Shown here piece after piece: positions 10,633 to 19,376 of a stretch of 36,967 nucleotides of DNA. Each line of letters opens with the position of its first letter. Within the stretch, counting starts at the first letter, position 1. The notes under the pieces are model-generated. The model did not search any database. It was not told the origin of the DNA and saw only the letters and a list, made by a program, of their open reading frames with translations. A program made the position numbers and the translations under genes. This stretch comes from a virus. Its lineage: Duplodnaviria; Caudoviricetes. The stretch covers positions 1 to 36,967 of the IMG/VR virus record IMGVR_UViG_3300009001_000027; one strand, 5' to 3'.

Positions 10633-11435
10633 TGTCAAATCAGTTTCGTAGACTACAACCACAGTATGCAGATACTCGTGAAATTGCAGAAGTCACTAAC
10701 CAGATATTAAATGGTAAAACAAATAATACTGGTACATTTAATTTAGATACGAGCTGGGCAACATCAACGACTATCTATAACGAACGAATCTCTAATGACT
10801 CTAAAATACTATTAGTGCCATTTAGCGATGTAGCAGAAACATCTACAGCACCTTATGGTGAGTTTACTAAAAACACAGACCAGTTAGCACCAAGTGCAGG
10901 AAATACAGCAGTGGTCGATTGGACTACAGAACATGAACTAAATGGTGTGTATTTAGATGCAGTCAATACATCAAGAATATATGTTAGAAACGATGGTATA
11001 TATAAAGCGTTATTTTCTTTACAGCTAGCAAACTCTAATAACGATGCAGAGTATGCAGATGTATGGTTTAGATTAAATGGCAGTGATATTGCTGACTCTG
11101 GGAAAAGGTTTGGTTTACCTGCTCGTAAGTCTACAGGTGATCCATCACATTTAACTGGAACTTCAAGTCATGTGTTAGATTTAACAGCAGGTGATTATAT
11201 AGAAATAGCAGGAGCAACATCTTCCAGTAATGTTTCTTTGGAGCATTTTACTGCTACAACGACAACACCTTACACAAGACCTGCAATACCATCTGCACAA
11301 ATAAATATTACATACATTGCACCGTTTAGTATGGATAATGTGTATGTGTCAGCACAGCAAAAAGGACAGGCTACAGTCAGTCACTTTGCTAATAATACAT
11401 CGAATAACACTTATGGATATGTTATAATAGGGTAG
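10632..11435 (+). CDS. Tail structural protein
   Basis: 'REIAEVTNQILNGKTNNTG' N-terminus with a beta-sandwich-like insert (GIYKALFSLQL..LTAGDYIEI). Confidence 0.6.
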   Translation: MSNQFRRLQPQYADTREIAEVTNQILNGKTNNTGTFNLDTSWATSTTIYNERISNDSKILLVPFSDVAETSTAPYGEFTKNTDQLAPSAGNTAVVDWTTEHELNGVYLDAVNTSRIYVRNDGIYKALFSLQLANSNNDAEYADVWFRLNGSDIADSGKRFGLPARKSTGDPSHLTGTSSHVLDLTAGDYIEIAGATSSSNVSLEHFTATTTTPYTRPAIPSAQINITYIAPFSMDNVYVSAQQKGQATVSHFANNTSNNTYGYVIIG

Positions 11436-11438
11436 GTT

Positions 11439-11594
11439 ATGGATAATATTGTACAGTATTTTACACAAGAAAACAAAGACGGTGAATTAGTTATTACTAA
11501 AAATATGACTAATGGTGTTTCTTATAGGTTCAATGTTAATGATGACCCTGATGAATACCAGTTATATTTGGAATGGCAAGCAAAACAGTCATAG
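11439..11594 (+). CDS. Small hypothetical protein, 51 aa (not in ORF track)
   Basis: MDNIVQYFTQ...DDPDEYQLYLEWQAKQS; fills the intergenic gap; the DxxxYQxYLEW end resembles small tail-associated phage proteins. Confidence 0.6.
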   Translation: MDNIVQYFTQENKDGELVITKNMTNGVSYRFNVNDDPDEYQLYLEWQAKQS

Positions 11595-12058
11595 ATAATT
11601 TCTTGGATCATGGTGACTTTGAAGCCATGAAGATATTGTTTACTGACAACCCATACTTTTCTTGGTTTTATCAGAATGGCAAAGAATATGAGAGCGATGA
11701 TTTCTTTCAATTCACTCATATCTTTTATAATAACCACAATCCTAATAGTCAGCATTACAAAGCATTACAACCATTTTTAGATAAACTACAAGTCAACGCA
11801 CTGATAAGAATTAAAGCTAATCTAACAGGTAGAGAAGAATCTATTCGGTTAGGTAAGTTTCATGTAGATTCATTATTCAAGTGTAATACAGCCGTATGGT
11901 ATCTAAATACAAACAATGGTAAAACTGTATTCGAAGATGGTGATGAAGTAGAAAGTGTTGCAAATAGAATTGTGATATTTCCATCTAAACAAAAACACAC
12001 AGCAACTACACATACAGATGAAAAGACTAGGATTGTAATTAACTTTAATTATCTGTAA
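11573..12058 (+). CDS. 2OG-Fe(II) oxygenase
   Basis: HxD (FHVD), 'WYLNTNNGKTVF', distal His (KHTAT), 'RIVINFNY'. Confidence 0.85.
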   Translation: MASKTVIDNFLDHGDFEAMKILFTDNPYFSWFYQNGKEYESDDFFQFTHIFYNNHNPNSQHYKALQPFLDKLQVNALIRIKANLTGREESIRLGKFHVDSLFKCNTAVWYLNTNNGKTVFEDGDEVESVANRIVIFPSKQKHTATTHTDEKTRIVINFNYL

Positions 12059-12471
12059 TGGAAAAGAACCTATTTGTAGTCCCTACTAATCATATTCATC
12101 AATTCTGGAGTCTAGCAGTACCTCACTTACAAAAAGCAATAGATGTCAGTTCTGGTGAGTTTACGATAGACCAATTAAAACAATTTGTAGCACAAGGACA
12201 GTCAGACTTACTACTTGTGTTAGATGAAGAACATAAATGTCATTGTGCATTTACTGTTCAGTGGATCAACTATCCTAATGACAGAGTTGCCTACATTACT
12301 TATATCGGTGGAGTTACTAATAAGAAATGTTGGGAACAATTCTGCACATGGGTAAAAAACAACGGTGGAACAAGGATACAAGGTTCTACCAAACTAGATG
12401 GTATCGTCAGATTATGGCGGATCAAATGGGGTATGCAACCTAAATATACACTAATGGAGTTAAAATTATGA
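12058..12471 (+). CDS. Virion assembly protein, possibly GNAT-fold
   Basis: 'INYPNDRVAYITYIGG..GGTRIQG'; sits immediately before the ejection genes. Confidence 0.5.
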   Translation: MEKNLFVVPTNHIHQFWSLAVPHLQKAIDVSSGEFTIDQLKQFVAQGQSDLLLVLDEEHKCHCAFTVQWINYPNDRVAYITYIGGVTNKKCWEQFCTWVKNNGGTRIQGSTKLDGIVRLWRIKWGMQPKYTLMELKL

Positions 12472-13271
12472 CCTTTTTAAAAATATTCAAAACATTGTTT
12501 GGATTAAATCCAGATGCGTTTACCTTTTACGGTGGTGGTGGCGGAGGTGGTTCGTCTAAACAAACTACATCTCAACAGCTAGACCCTACTGTTAGACCAT
12601 TTGTAGAGTATGGTTTACAAGAAGCTAAACAATTATACCAAACAGATACTCCATCTTATTACCCATACCAAACCTATGTAGATCCAAGCCAACAAACACA
12701 GTCTGCATTACAAGCTGCACAAAATAGAGCACTAGCTGGTAACCCATTAGTACCTGCCGCTCAACAGCAACAATTAGCTACAATACAAGGTCAAAATTTA
12801 GGTCTCAATCCATACTTTGCTAACGCACTACAAGGTGCAGCAGGGGTTGCTACAACACAGTTCCAAGATGCGTTAAAAGACATTGCATCTCAAAGCTCAC
12901 AAGCTGGTCGTTATGGCTCTGGTGCTATGGCTGAACTACAATCTCGTGCATCTAAAAACTTAGCCGATACATTAACTAATAAAGCATCTGAGCTAATGTA
13001 TACTAATTATGCAAACGAAAGAGCGGCTCAAGAAAGAGCTATTGCAAGTGCTCCACAAATGGCTGCTTCTGACTATGCAGATATTCAACAGTTGCTTAAT
13101 GTAGGTAAAACCGCAGAAGATTATCAAAAACAAGCACTAGAGTCAGATATTGCTAGATTTGAGTTTGAGGAAAACAAACCTTACACTAAACTACAGTCTT
13201 ACTTATCTGCTGCATACGGTGCTCCTATGGGTCAGGTTTCTCAAACTACATCATCAGGAGGAGGTAAGTAA
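12468..13271 (+). CDS. Internal virion / DNA ejection protein
   Basis: Poly-Gly N-terminus, Q/A-rich, 'AGRYGSGA' motif; position. Confidence 0.6.
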   Translation: MTFLKIFKTLFGLNPDAFTFYGGGGGGGSSKQTTSQQLDPTVRPFVEYGLQEAKQLYQTDTPSYYPYQTYVDPSQQTQSALQAAQNRALAGNPLVPAAQQQQLATIQGQNLGLNPYFANALQGAAGVATTQFQDALKDIASQSSQAGRYGSGAMAELQSRASKNLADTLTNKASELMYTNYANERAAQERAIASAPQMAASDYADIQQLLNVGKTAEDYQKQALESDIARFEFEENKPYTKLQSYLSAAYGAPMGQVSQTTSSGGGK

Positions 13272-14017
13272 TGGGTGCTCCAGTATTAATAGGCGCAGGT
13301 ATAGGAGCTGCTGCATCTTTGGCAACAGGTGGCAATCCATTACAAGGTGCTTTACTTGGTGGTATTGGTGGAGGAACATTTGGTGGATCAGGAGCATTAG
13401 GCTCTGGTTTTACAGAAGGTGGTTTATTTAGCTTAGGATCTGGTTTAACAGGAGCTGGAACTGTTGCAACATCTACACCAACCTTAGGAGGTTTAGCATT
13501 AGAAGGCGCTACAACTGGCGCAGTCGGTGGTGCATTAGCAGGAGGTGGTGCAGCAGGTGCTACTGCTAGCCCATATGCTTTTGGTAACAACGCATTAGAA
13601 GTTACAGGCAATACAATGAATCCTGCATTAATTGGATCATCTGCTGGCGGTCAAATACCATTTACTGGTGTAGACAGAGCAATAGATGCTATTACTCCAA
13701 GCGGTGGATATGATCCAAGTGGTGGTAATTTTATATCTAATATGATTAAAAAAGATCCTGTTAGCACAGCATTTTTAGGTAATTCTGCGGCTCAAAATAT
13801 TATGAATCCTACAGGAGCAGAAATTACACCTCCTCCAACTACAGAAATTCGCAAAGGAGCTTTAGACCCAACACCAGATAAACCATTAAATGTGTTAAGT
13901 CCAGCAGACTATGGTACAGATATAGTAACAGATGAAATTGGTGTTACAGGTGATGTATATTCAGTATTTCCAGAACGACTAAGAGGTTTTGGTAGTCGTG
14001 GAATGTTTTATAGATAA
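13271..14017 (+). CDS. Internal virion / DNA ejection protein
   Basis: Gly/Ala hydrophobic N-terminus (GAGIGAAASLATGG..GALLGGIGG). Confidence 0.55.
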   Translation: MGAPVLIGAGIGAAASLATGGNPLQGALLGGIGGGTFGGSGALGSGFTEGGLFSLGSGLTGAGTVATSTPTLGGLALEGATTGAVGGALAGGGAAGATASPYAFGNNALEVTGNTMNPALIGSSAGGQIPFTGVDRAIDAITPSGGYDPSGGNFISNMIKKDPVSTAFLGNSAAQNIMNPTGAEITPPPTTEIRKGALDPTPDKPLNVLSPADYGTDIVTDEIGVTGDVYSVFPERLRGFGSRGMFYR

Positions 14018-14026
14018 GGAATAAAT

Positions 14027-15061
14027 ATGATAGGCGGATTATTAGGTAATAGTTTATTTAATACAGGTTTGGCTGGTAGTTTTTTAGACAAAGATCAACT
14101 TGCAAATCTTACAAGTCAAGCAAACAAATCAGCATTATTAACCGCAGGATTAAGCTATCTTGCACAACCCAAAAACAGAAATGCTGGTAGTGCTTTACCA
14201 TATCTTGCACAAGCTGGATTACAAGGCTATGGAATGGGTCAAAATGTATTTAATCAGGCTGGTGCACAGGCTTTACAATTAGCACAATTAAAAAGAAGCA
14301 CAATGACTGATTTAGACAAGGTAATAGCATCAAGAGATGCCTTACCAGTTGGTGACCCTAAAAGAGCATTGTATGACCAACAAATACAAAAAATGACTAC
14401 ACATCAACCATTAGTCAATGTCAACACTACTGTACCATTTAGTGAGCAAATACAAAAAGACATTGGTAAAGATTTAGTTGGTGGATATACAACAAATAAA
14501 AAAGCACCGCAAAACATTAAATTATTTGAACAAGCTAAAAATGTTGCAAGAAACACCGGTAAATTGTCAGGTTCTTTTGCTGATGACAAAATGGCAATCG
14601 CTATGTTCTTTAATAATAACTTTGGCACAAATATTGCTGAAGATGAAATTGCTTCAGCAGGTTCATTAAAATCCTTACTATTTGAACCAGTCAAGAATCA
14701 GTTGAAGAAAATGGATGCGACACCATCTGAACGACAACAAAAAATGTTGGCTGACTCTCTTGGTAACTTGGAAAATGATCCAGAAGCATTACAAAAAATT
14801 CTTCAAGTACAACAAGATATTCTTGCTGAAAATATTGCAACTCATAACAGAGAAGTTGAAAAATTCTTACCATTAACAGAAGGCAAAACACAAGATTATG
14901 TTAAAGGATTAACACTAGAAGTTCCTGAATATACTCAATTATATAATCCAGAAGATTATACTAAAAAAGATAAGCCAGTTGTTACTGAAGATCAATTAAA
15001 AGGATTAACTAGAGAGCAAAAATTAGAGTTAATTAAAAAACAATTCAAAGGACTATTTTAA
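14027..15061 (+). CDS. Internal virion / DNA ejection protein
   Basis: 344 aa, helical, in the ejection cluster; AAGGA RBS. Confidence 0.55.
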   Translation: MIGGLLGNSLFNTGLAGSFLDKDQLANLTSQANKSALLTAGLSYLAQPKNRNAGSALPYLAQAGLQGYGMGQNVFNQAGAQALQLAQLKRSTMTDLDKVIASRDALPVGDPKRALYDQQIQKMTTHQPLVNVNTTVPFSEQIQKDIGKDLVGGYTTNKKAPQNIKLFEQAKNVARNTGKLSGSFADDKMAIAMFFNNNFGTNIAEDEIASAGSLKSLLFEPVKNQLKKMDATPSERQQKMLADSLGNLENDPEALQKILQVQQDILAENIATHNREVEKFLPLTEGKTQDYVKGLTLEVPEYTQLYNPEDYTKKDKPVVTEDQLKGLTREQKLELIKKQFKGLF

Positions 15062-15072
15062 TAGGAAAGATT

Positions 15073-17202
15073 ATGCCACCAAACATTGACAATCTATCAG
15101 AAAAAGATTTAGATTTATTGCTTAAAGGTGATTTTGATAATCTTTCTGAAGATGCTATAAATTTACTATCTACACAAATAGACCCAGAAGCGGCTCAATT
15201 TAAACTAGAGTCGCAAAAGCCTATTACTGAGCGTGTCATAAAACCTATGTTATATTCTGGTGCTAGACAAGTTGGAACTTTAGCTCGTGGTGGGTTACAG
15301 GGACTTGAGGATCTTGGTAATCTTGTTGCAACACCTATACGAGAAGGTATGAATATTCCTACATACATATCTAATATTGGTGTTCCAGATAAAGAAAAAA
15401 AACCTTTACCTGTTCAACCTTTACAAGTTGCAGAAAAAATATCAGACTTCATAGGATTACCTCAGCCTGAGACAACAGCAGAAAAGCTACAATACAATAT
15501 AGGTCAATTTACATCTCCCACAAAAGCATTAGCGACAGGAGCATCAAAAGTAATACCTAAATCTGGTGGTGCTATGGATGCCTTAAAGAAAAGTTTTACT
15601 ACACAACTGCCACAACAAATATCTGGTTCTATGGGTGCAGGTTTAAGTTTCGGATTAGCAGATCAAGCCATACCAGATGAAGCTGGTGCATTTAAAACAG
15701 GAGCACAGTTTTTAACATCTCTGGCAGGTGGTTTAGCTGGTGCAAAAGCACCCCAGCTTGTAAAAGATGCTGGTAGTAATATTAAATATAGGTTTAATGA
15801 ATTTAGAAATGCACCAAATGCAGAACTAACTAAAACAGCTACTACACAGCTTAATGATATTGTTAAAAACAATAAAGCTTTTGCTAATGTACAACAAGGG
15901 ACACTTAATTCTGTAACAGCAGACATTGTAGATGCTAGATTAAGAGGATTTGACCTTACAGAGCCACAAATTATGAGGTTATTAGACTATAGAATGACAG
16001 GTCTTACACCTACTAAAGGCAGAATTACACAAACAGCATCAGAAGTTACAAAAGAAAAGAACTTGCAAAAAATTGGTGCTAATAGTGATAACCCTAATGC
16101 TCAAAAACTTGCAGCAGCAGAGCAGGAAAACCAACAAGTTATTAATCAACTATTTGATGACTTAGGATCATCTAGTGGTAAAGGTATTAAAGACTCTGGA
16201 GATGAGTTATTTACAAAACTAGAGGCGATCAATAATAGAAAAAATCAAATTATTGATGATATGTATAATAATGCTAGAACTATTGGTGGCGAAGAAGCAT
16301 TATTGGATGGTGCTAACTTTACAAACAATATTCTTAATAAACTAAAAGTAAAACAAAGATACTTGCCAAAAGAAATATCAGATGATTTAGCTAGATACAA
16401 AGATAACAAAGTATTTACTATTGCTGAAAAAAATGAGTTTCAATCTATTGTTGCTGCTGATTTAAGAAAAGCAAAATTAGCAGGAGACGGTAATCGTGTA
16501 AATGCACTTATGGAAGTTCGTAACGAATTAGAAAATGTTCAGTTTCTTAAAGGTCAGCAATTTGGTAAAGAAACACTAAAAGCATTTAATGATGCTAAAA
16601 AAGTAACATATGAGTATAAACAGTTACAGAAAAAAATACCTGCATTAGGTGAAATGGATAAGCCATTTGAAAAACAGATAGGATCAGAACAGTTTTTTAA
16701 TAAGTTTATTATTGGTGAAACTAAAGACGGATCAGTTGCTAATGTAAAAAGATTAATGGATGTATTAGATGATGAATCTAAAGTTCTTGTTAAAAACAAT
16801 ACATTAAACTGGATTAAATCTAATGCGTTTAAAAATGACAAACTTTCATCAGCAGGATTAAATAAAGCTATGGACAAATTAGGTAATAAGCTAAATGTTA
16901 TATTTAGTCCAGATGAAGTAGATCAAATTAGACGATTGCAAAGAGTGTCTAACTATGAACAAGGAGCTCCAGCAGGATCAGCAATAAACTACTCAGGATC
17001 TGGAGCATTATCTATTAGCGAAATGGCTAAACGACTTATACCAAGTCCAATACAAAATATTCAAAGAGAACGAGAAATTTTAGGTCAGTTTGATATTGGT
17101 AAAATTTTAAGAGACCAGCCACTATTAGAACAACCACCTACTCCTAGATTTCAAACAACACAACCTTATCAAGGTTTACTCTTAAACAGGGATGAGATGT
17201 GA
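15073..17202 (+). CDS. Large DNA transfer / ejection protein
   Basis: 709 aa, last gene before the lysis cassette; Gly/Ala hydrophobic patches, 'AINYSGS' near the C-terminus. Confidence 0.6.
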   Translation: MPPNIDNLSEKDLDLLLKGDFDNLSEDAINLLSTQIDPEAAQFKLESQKPITERVIKPMLYSGARQVGTLARGGLQGLEDLGNLVATPIREGMNIPTYISNIGVPDKEKKPLPVQPLQVAEKISDFIGLPQPETTAEKLQYNIGQFTSPTKALATGASKVIPKSGGAMDALKKSFTTQLPQQISGSMGAGLSFGLADQAIPDEAGAFKTGAQFLTSLAGGLAGAKAPQLVKDAGSNIKYRFNEFRNAPNAELTKTATTQLNDIVKNNKAFANVQQGTLNSVTADIVDARLRGFDLTEPQIMRLLDYRMTGLTPTKGRITQTASEVTKEKNLQKIGANSDNPNAQKLAAAEQENQQVINQLFDDLGSSSGKGIKDSGDELFTKLEAINNRKNQIIDDMYNNARTIGGEEALLDGANFTNNILNKLKVKQRYLPKEISDDLARYKDNKVFTIAEKNEFQSIVAADLRKAKLAGDGNRVNALMEVRNELENVQFLKGQQFGKETLKAFNDAKKVTYEYKQLQKKIPALGEMDKPFEKQIGSEQFFNKFIIGETKDGSVANVKRLMDVLDDESKVLVKNNTLNWIKSNAFKNDKLSSAGLNKAMDKLGNKLNVIFSPDEVDQIRRLQRVSNYEQGAPAGSAINYSGSGALSISEMAKRLIPSPIQNIQREREILGQFDIGKILRDQPLLEQPPTPRFQTTQPYQGLLLNRDEM

Positions 17203-17268
17203 CGATATGGCACACACTAAAACTACCCCCCATAAACTTATACAACGCACCAAAAAGAAAGGATTCTG

Positions 17269-17493
17269 ATGGAGAAGGTTCAAGAAGCAGTAGCAGTTCA
17301 TTCGGCAGAGATTGACCATATGAAAAGAGATATAGATCATATACTAGCTAAAGTAGATAAAATGGATGCCAAAATTGATAATATTGAAAAATGTTTATCA
17401 GAATTAAGTGGTGGTAAAAAAGCTATGATGTGGCTCATAGGGGTAGTCATTGCTGTGTTAGGTTTTTTATTTGGACACTGGATGGATAAATGA
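17269..17493 (+). CDS. Coiled-coil plus C-terminal TM protein (XhlA/holin-like)
   Basis: Heptad region then MMWLIGVVIAVLGFLFG; lysis position. Confidence 0.55.
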   Translation: MEKVQEAVAVHSAEIDHMKRDIDHILAKVDKMDAKIDNIEKCLSELSGGKKAMMWLIGVVIAVLGFLFGHWMDK

Positions 17494-17855
17494 TAGGAAT
17501 ATTAGCAAAAATATTAGGCAGTGGTGATGTTATTAAAAAAGGTCTAGAGCTTATAGATGATATGCACACCTCTACAGAAGAAGAAATAAAAGCAAAGAAC
17601 GATGCAAAGATTGCCTTGCTTGCCGCATATGCACCATTTAAATTAGCACAAAGATACCTAGCAATTATGTTTTCTGGAGTGTTTGTATTTATCATGCTAA
17701 ACGGTGTACTTGGTGCGCTATACGGTATAATAGATATGAACAATGTTAATGAAGCCAAAGCATTTGCTAATGAGATGTGGTTAGGTGAAATAATGTTAGC
17801 AATAGTTGGTTTCTATTTTGGTGGCGGTTTATTTGAATCAGCGAGGAAGAAATGA
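17490..17855 (+). CDS. Putative holin
   Basis: Hydrophobic segments, 'HTSTEE', C-terminal 'GFYFGG' plus basic tail; adjacent to endolysin. Confidence 0.65.
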   Translation: MIGILAKILGSGDVIKKGLELIDDMHTSTEEEIKAKNDAKIALLAAYAPFKLAQRYLAIMFSGVFVFIMLNGVLGALYGIIDMNNVNEAKAFANEMWLGEIMLAIVGFYFGGGLFESARKK

Positions 17856-18292
17856 AGCTAAGTCCTAATTTTAGCCTATCAGAATTTACAGCTAGTCAAA
17901 TATGTGAAAGAAAAGGGTGGGATAATACTCCCTCACCTGAAATCTTAAATAATCTTAAATTTTTAGCGGAGAAATTAGAAGATGTTAGAGTTTTATTACG
18001 CAATCCTATGCTTGTTAGTAGTGGCTATCGCAGTCGCACTCTTAATGCTCATTTGGGAAGCAGAGATACTTCCAGTCATGTTAAAGGATTGGCTGTCGAC
18101 TTTATCTCGCCATCTTTTGGAAGTCCTGAAGCTATTGTTAAAGCCATTGTGGAATCTGATATACAATACGACCAAGTCATTCTTGAATTTAATCGTTGGG
18201 TTCATCTCTCGTTTGCTAAAGAAAATCCAAGACTTCAAGCATTAATCATTGATAAAGATGGGGTACGACCCTTTGAAGATACTATTACTTGA
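17852..18292 (+). CDS. Endolysin, peptidase M15 family
   Basis: 'LSPNFSLSEF', 'SSGYRS', 'SSHVKGLAVD', 'WVH' zinc-peptidase motifs. Confidence 0.9.
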   Translation: MKLSPNFSLSEFTASQICERKGWDNTPSPEILNNLKFLAEKLEDVRVLLRNPMLVSSGYRSRTLNAHLGSRDTSSHVKGLAVDFISPSFGSPEAIVKAIVESDIQYDQVILEFNRWVHLSFAKENPRLQALIIDKDGVRPFEDTIT

Positions 18293-19016
18293 TATAGAAA
18301 CATCTCCTAATACTGCTCATGTATGGGGATTATATAATCAGAATGTAAGTCTAAACCAACTCATGGAATCTAGTTATGTTATGTGTTGGGCAGCGAAGTG
18401 GTTAGACGAAAAAGAAGTATTTTTTAGCAGCATTATGGAAGACACTCATCGTAAGATGATAAAAAAGATATACGCTCTTTTAGAAGAAGCTGATGCGGTG
18501 ATACATTATAACGGTACGAAGTTTGATATACCAACGCTCAACAAAGAGTTCCTATTGCTAGGACTTACTCCTCCATCACCTTACAAAGAGATTGACCTAC
18601 TTAGGACATCACGATCCAAGTTTAAGTTCCCTAGTAATAAACTAGATTATGTCGCACAAGCATTAGGTCTTGGTGGAAAAGTAAAACATATTGGTCATGA
18701 ACTGTGGATACGGTGCATGAACAAAGATAAACAGGCTTGGGATATGATGAAGAAATATAATATCCAAGATGTTGTATTGTTGGAAAAGGTCTATGAAAAG
18801 ATGTTGTCTTGGATTAGAAACCATCCAAACCATAATAGTCATAGTCAGGGTGTTGTTTGTCCTAATTGTGGTGGCAGTAATCTTATTAAGAGAGGCTTAT
18901 CTTGCAATACAAATACCGTTTATCAGAGGCTACGCTGCAAAGACTGCGGAAAATGGTCGAGAAGCAACAAACAGATGAAAGACTTAAAAAAATTCGAGTC
19001 CGCCATCAGCATCTAG
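18273..19016 (+). CDS. RNase H-like (DnaQ/PolB-type) 3'-5' exonuclease with C-terminal Zn ribbon
   Basis: 'LDIET', 'YNGTKFD', 'YNIQDV', then CPNC..CKDC. Start uncertain (TTG 18273 or ATG 18258). Confidence 0.85.
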   Translation: MKILLLDIETSPNTAHVWGLYNQNVSLNQLMESSYVMCWAAKWLDEKEVFFSSIMEDTHRKMIKKIYALLEEADAVIHYNGTKFDIPTLNKEFLLLGLTPPSPYKEIDLLRTSRSKFKFPSNKLDYVAQALGLGGKVKHIGHELWIRCMNKDKQAWDMMKKYNIQDVVLLEKVYEKMLSWIRNHPNHNSHSQGVVCPNCGGSNLIKRGLSCNTNTVYQRLRCKDCGKWSRSNKQMKDLKKFESAISI

Positions 19017-19024
19017 GGAGAAGT

Positions 19025-19186
19025 ATGGATATAGACCAAATAGCAGAAGTAATGACTGGCAAGATCATTGAAGAAGTTATGGTGACTTACGGTGAGGACA
19101 CTATGACATTATTCTTGTCAGATGGTTCTAGTATTGAGATTGTTATAGATTCTATCTATGCAGACATACCGGAACTTGATGACTAA
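19025..19186 (+). CDS. Small acidic hypothetical protein, 53 aa
   Basis: GGGAG RBS before ATG 19025; the longer start in the ORF track overlaps the exonuclease. Confidence 0.6.
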   Translation: MDIDQIAEVMTGKIIEEVMVTYGEDTMTLFLSDGSSIEIVIDSIYADIPELDD

Positions 19187-19376
19187 AAGAGTTATTACCC
19201 TGCCAGACGGCACAGAAACAGATAATTATAGTCAAGCCTACCAAAGGTATTGCGAAGCACTCAATCTATCCAAGAAACCGCTTATGCAACGCCAAGCATG
19301 GCTAAATAAACTACAAGATACAAAACGAGTTGATACTTTAAAGTATTGGTTAAAATTAATATGGGAAAATAAATAA
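19179..19376 (+). CDS. Hypothetical protein, 65 aa
   Basis: Overlaps the previous stop; TAATG-coupled to the RelA/SpoT-domain gene. Confidence 0.6.
   Translation: MTKRVITLPDGTETDNYSQAYQRYCEALNLSKKPLMQRQAWLNKLQDTKRVDTLKYWLKLIWENK

Noticed and set aside
1906-18238. Many minus-strand ORFs in the track (e.g. 1906-2148, 6831-7226, 9246-9683, 13246-13611, 16554-16877)
   Set aside because: Antisense shadows of well-supported plus-strand structural genes, with no recognisable motifs.
19179-19376. ORF upstream of the RelA-domain gene as a cognate antitoxin
   Set aside because: Only adjacency supports it; no HD-hydrolase or known antitoxin motif is visible.
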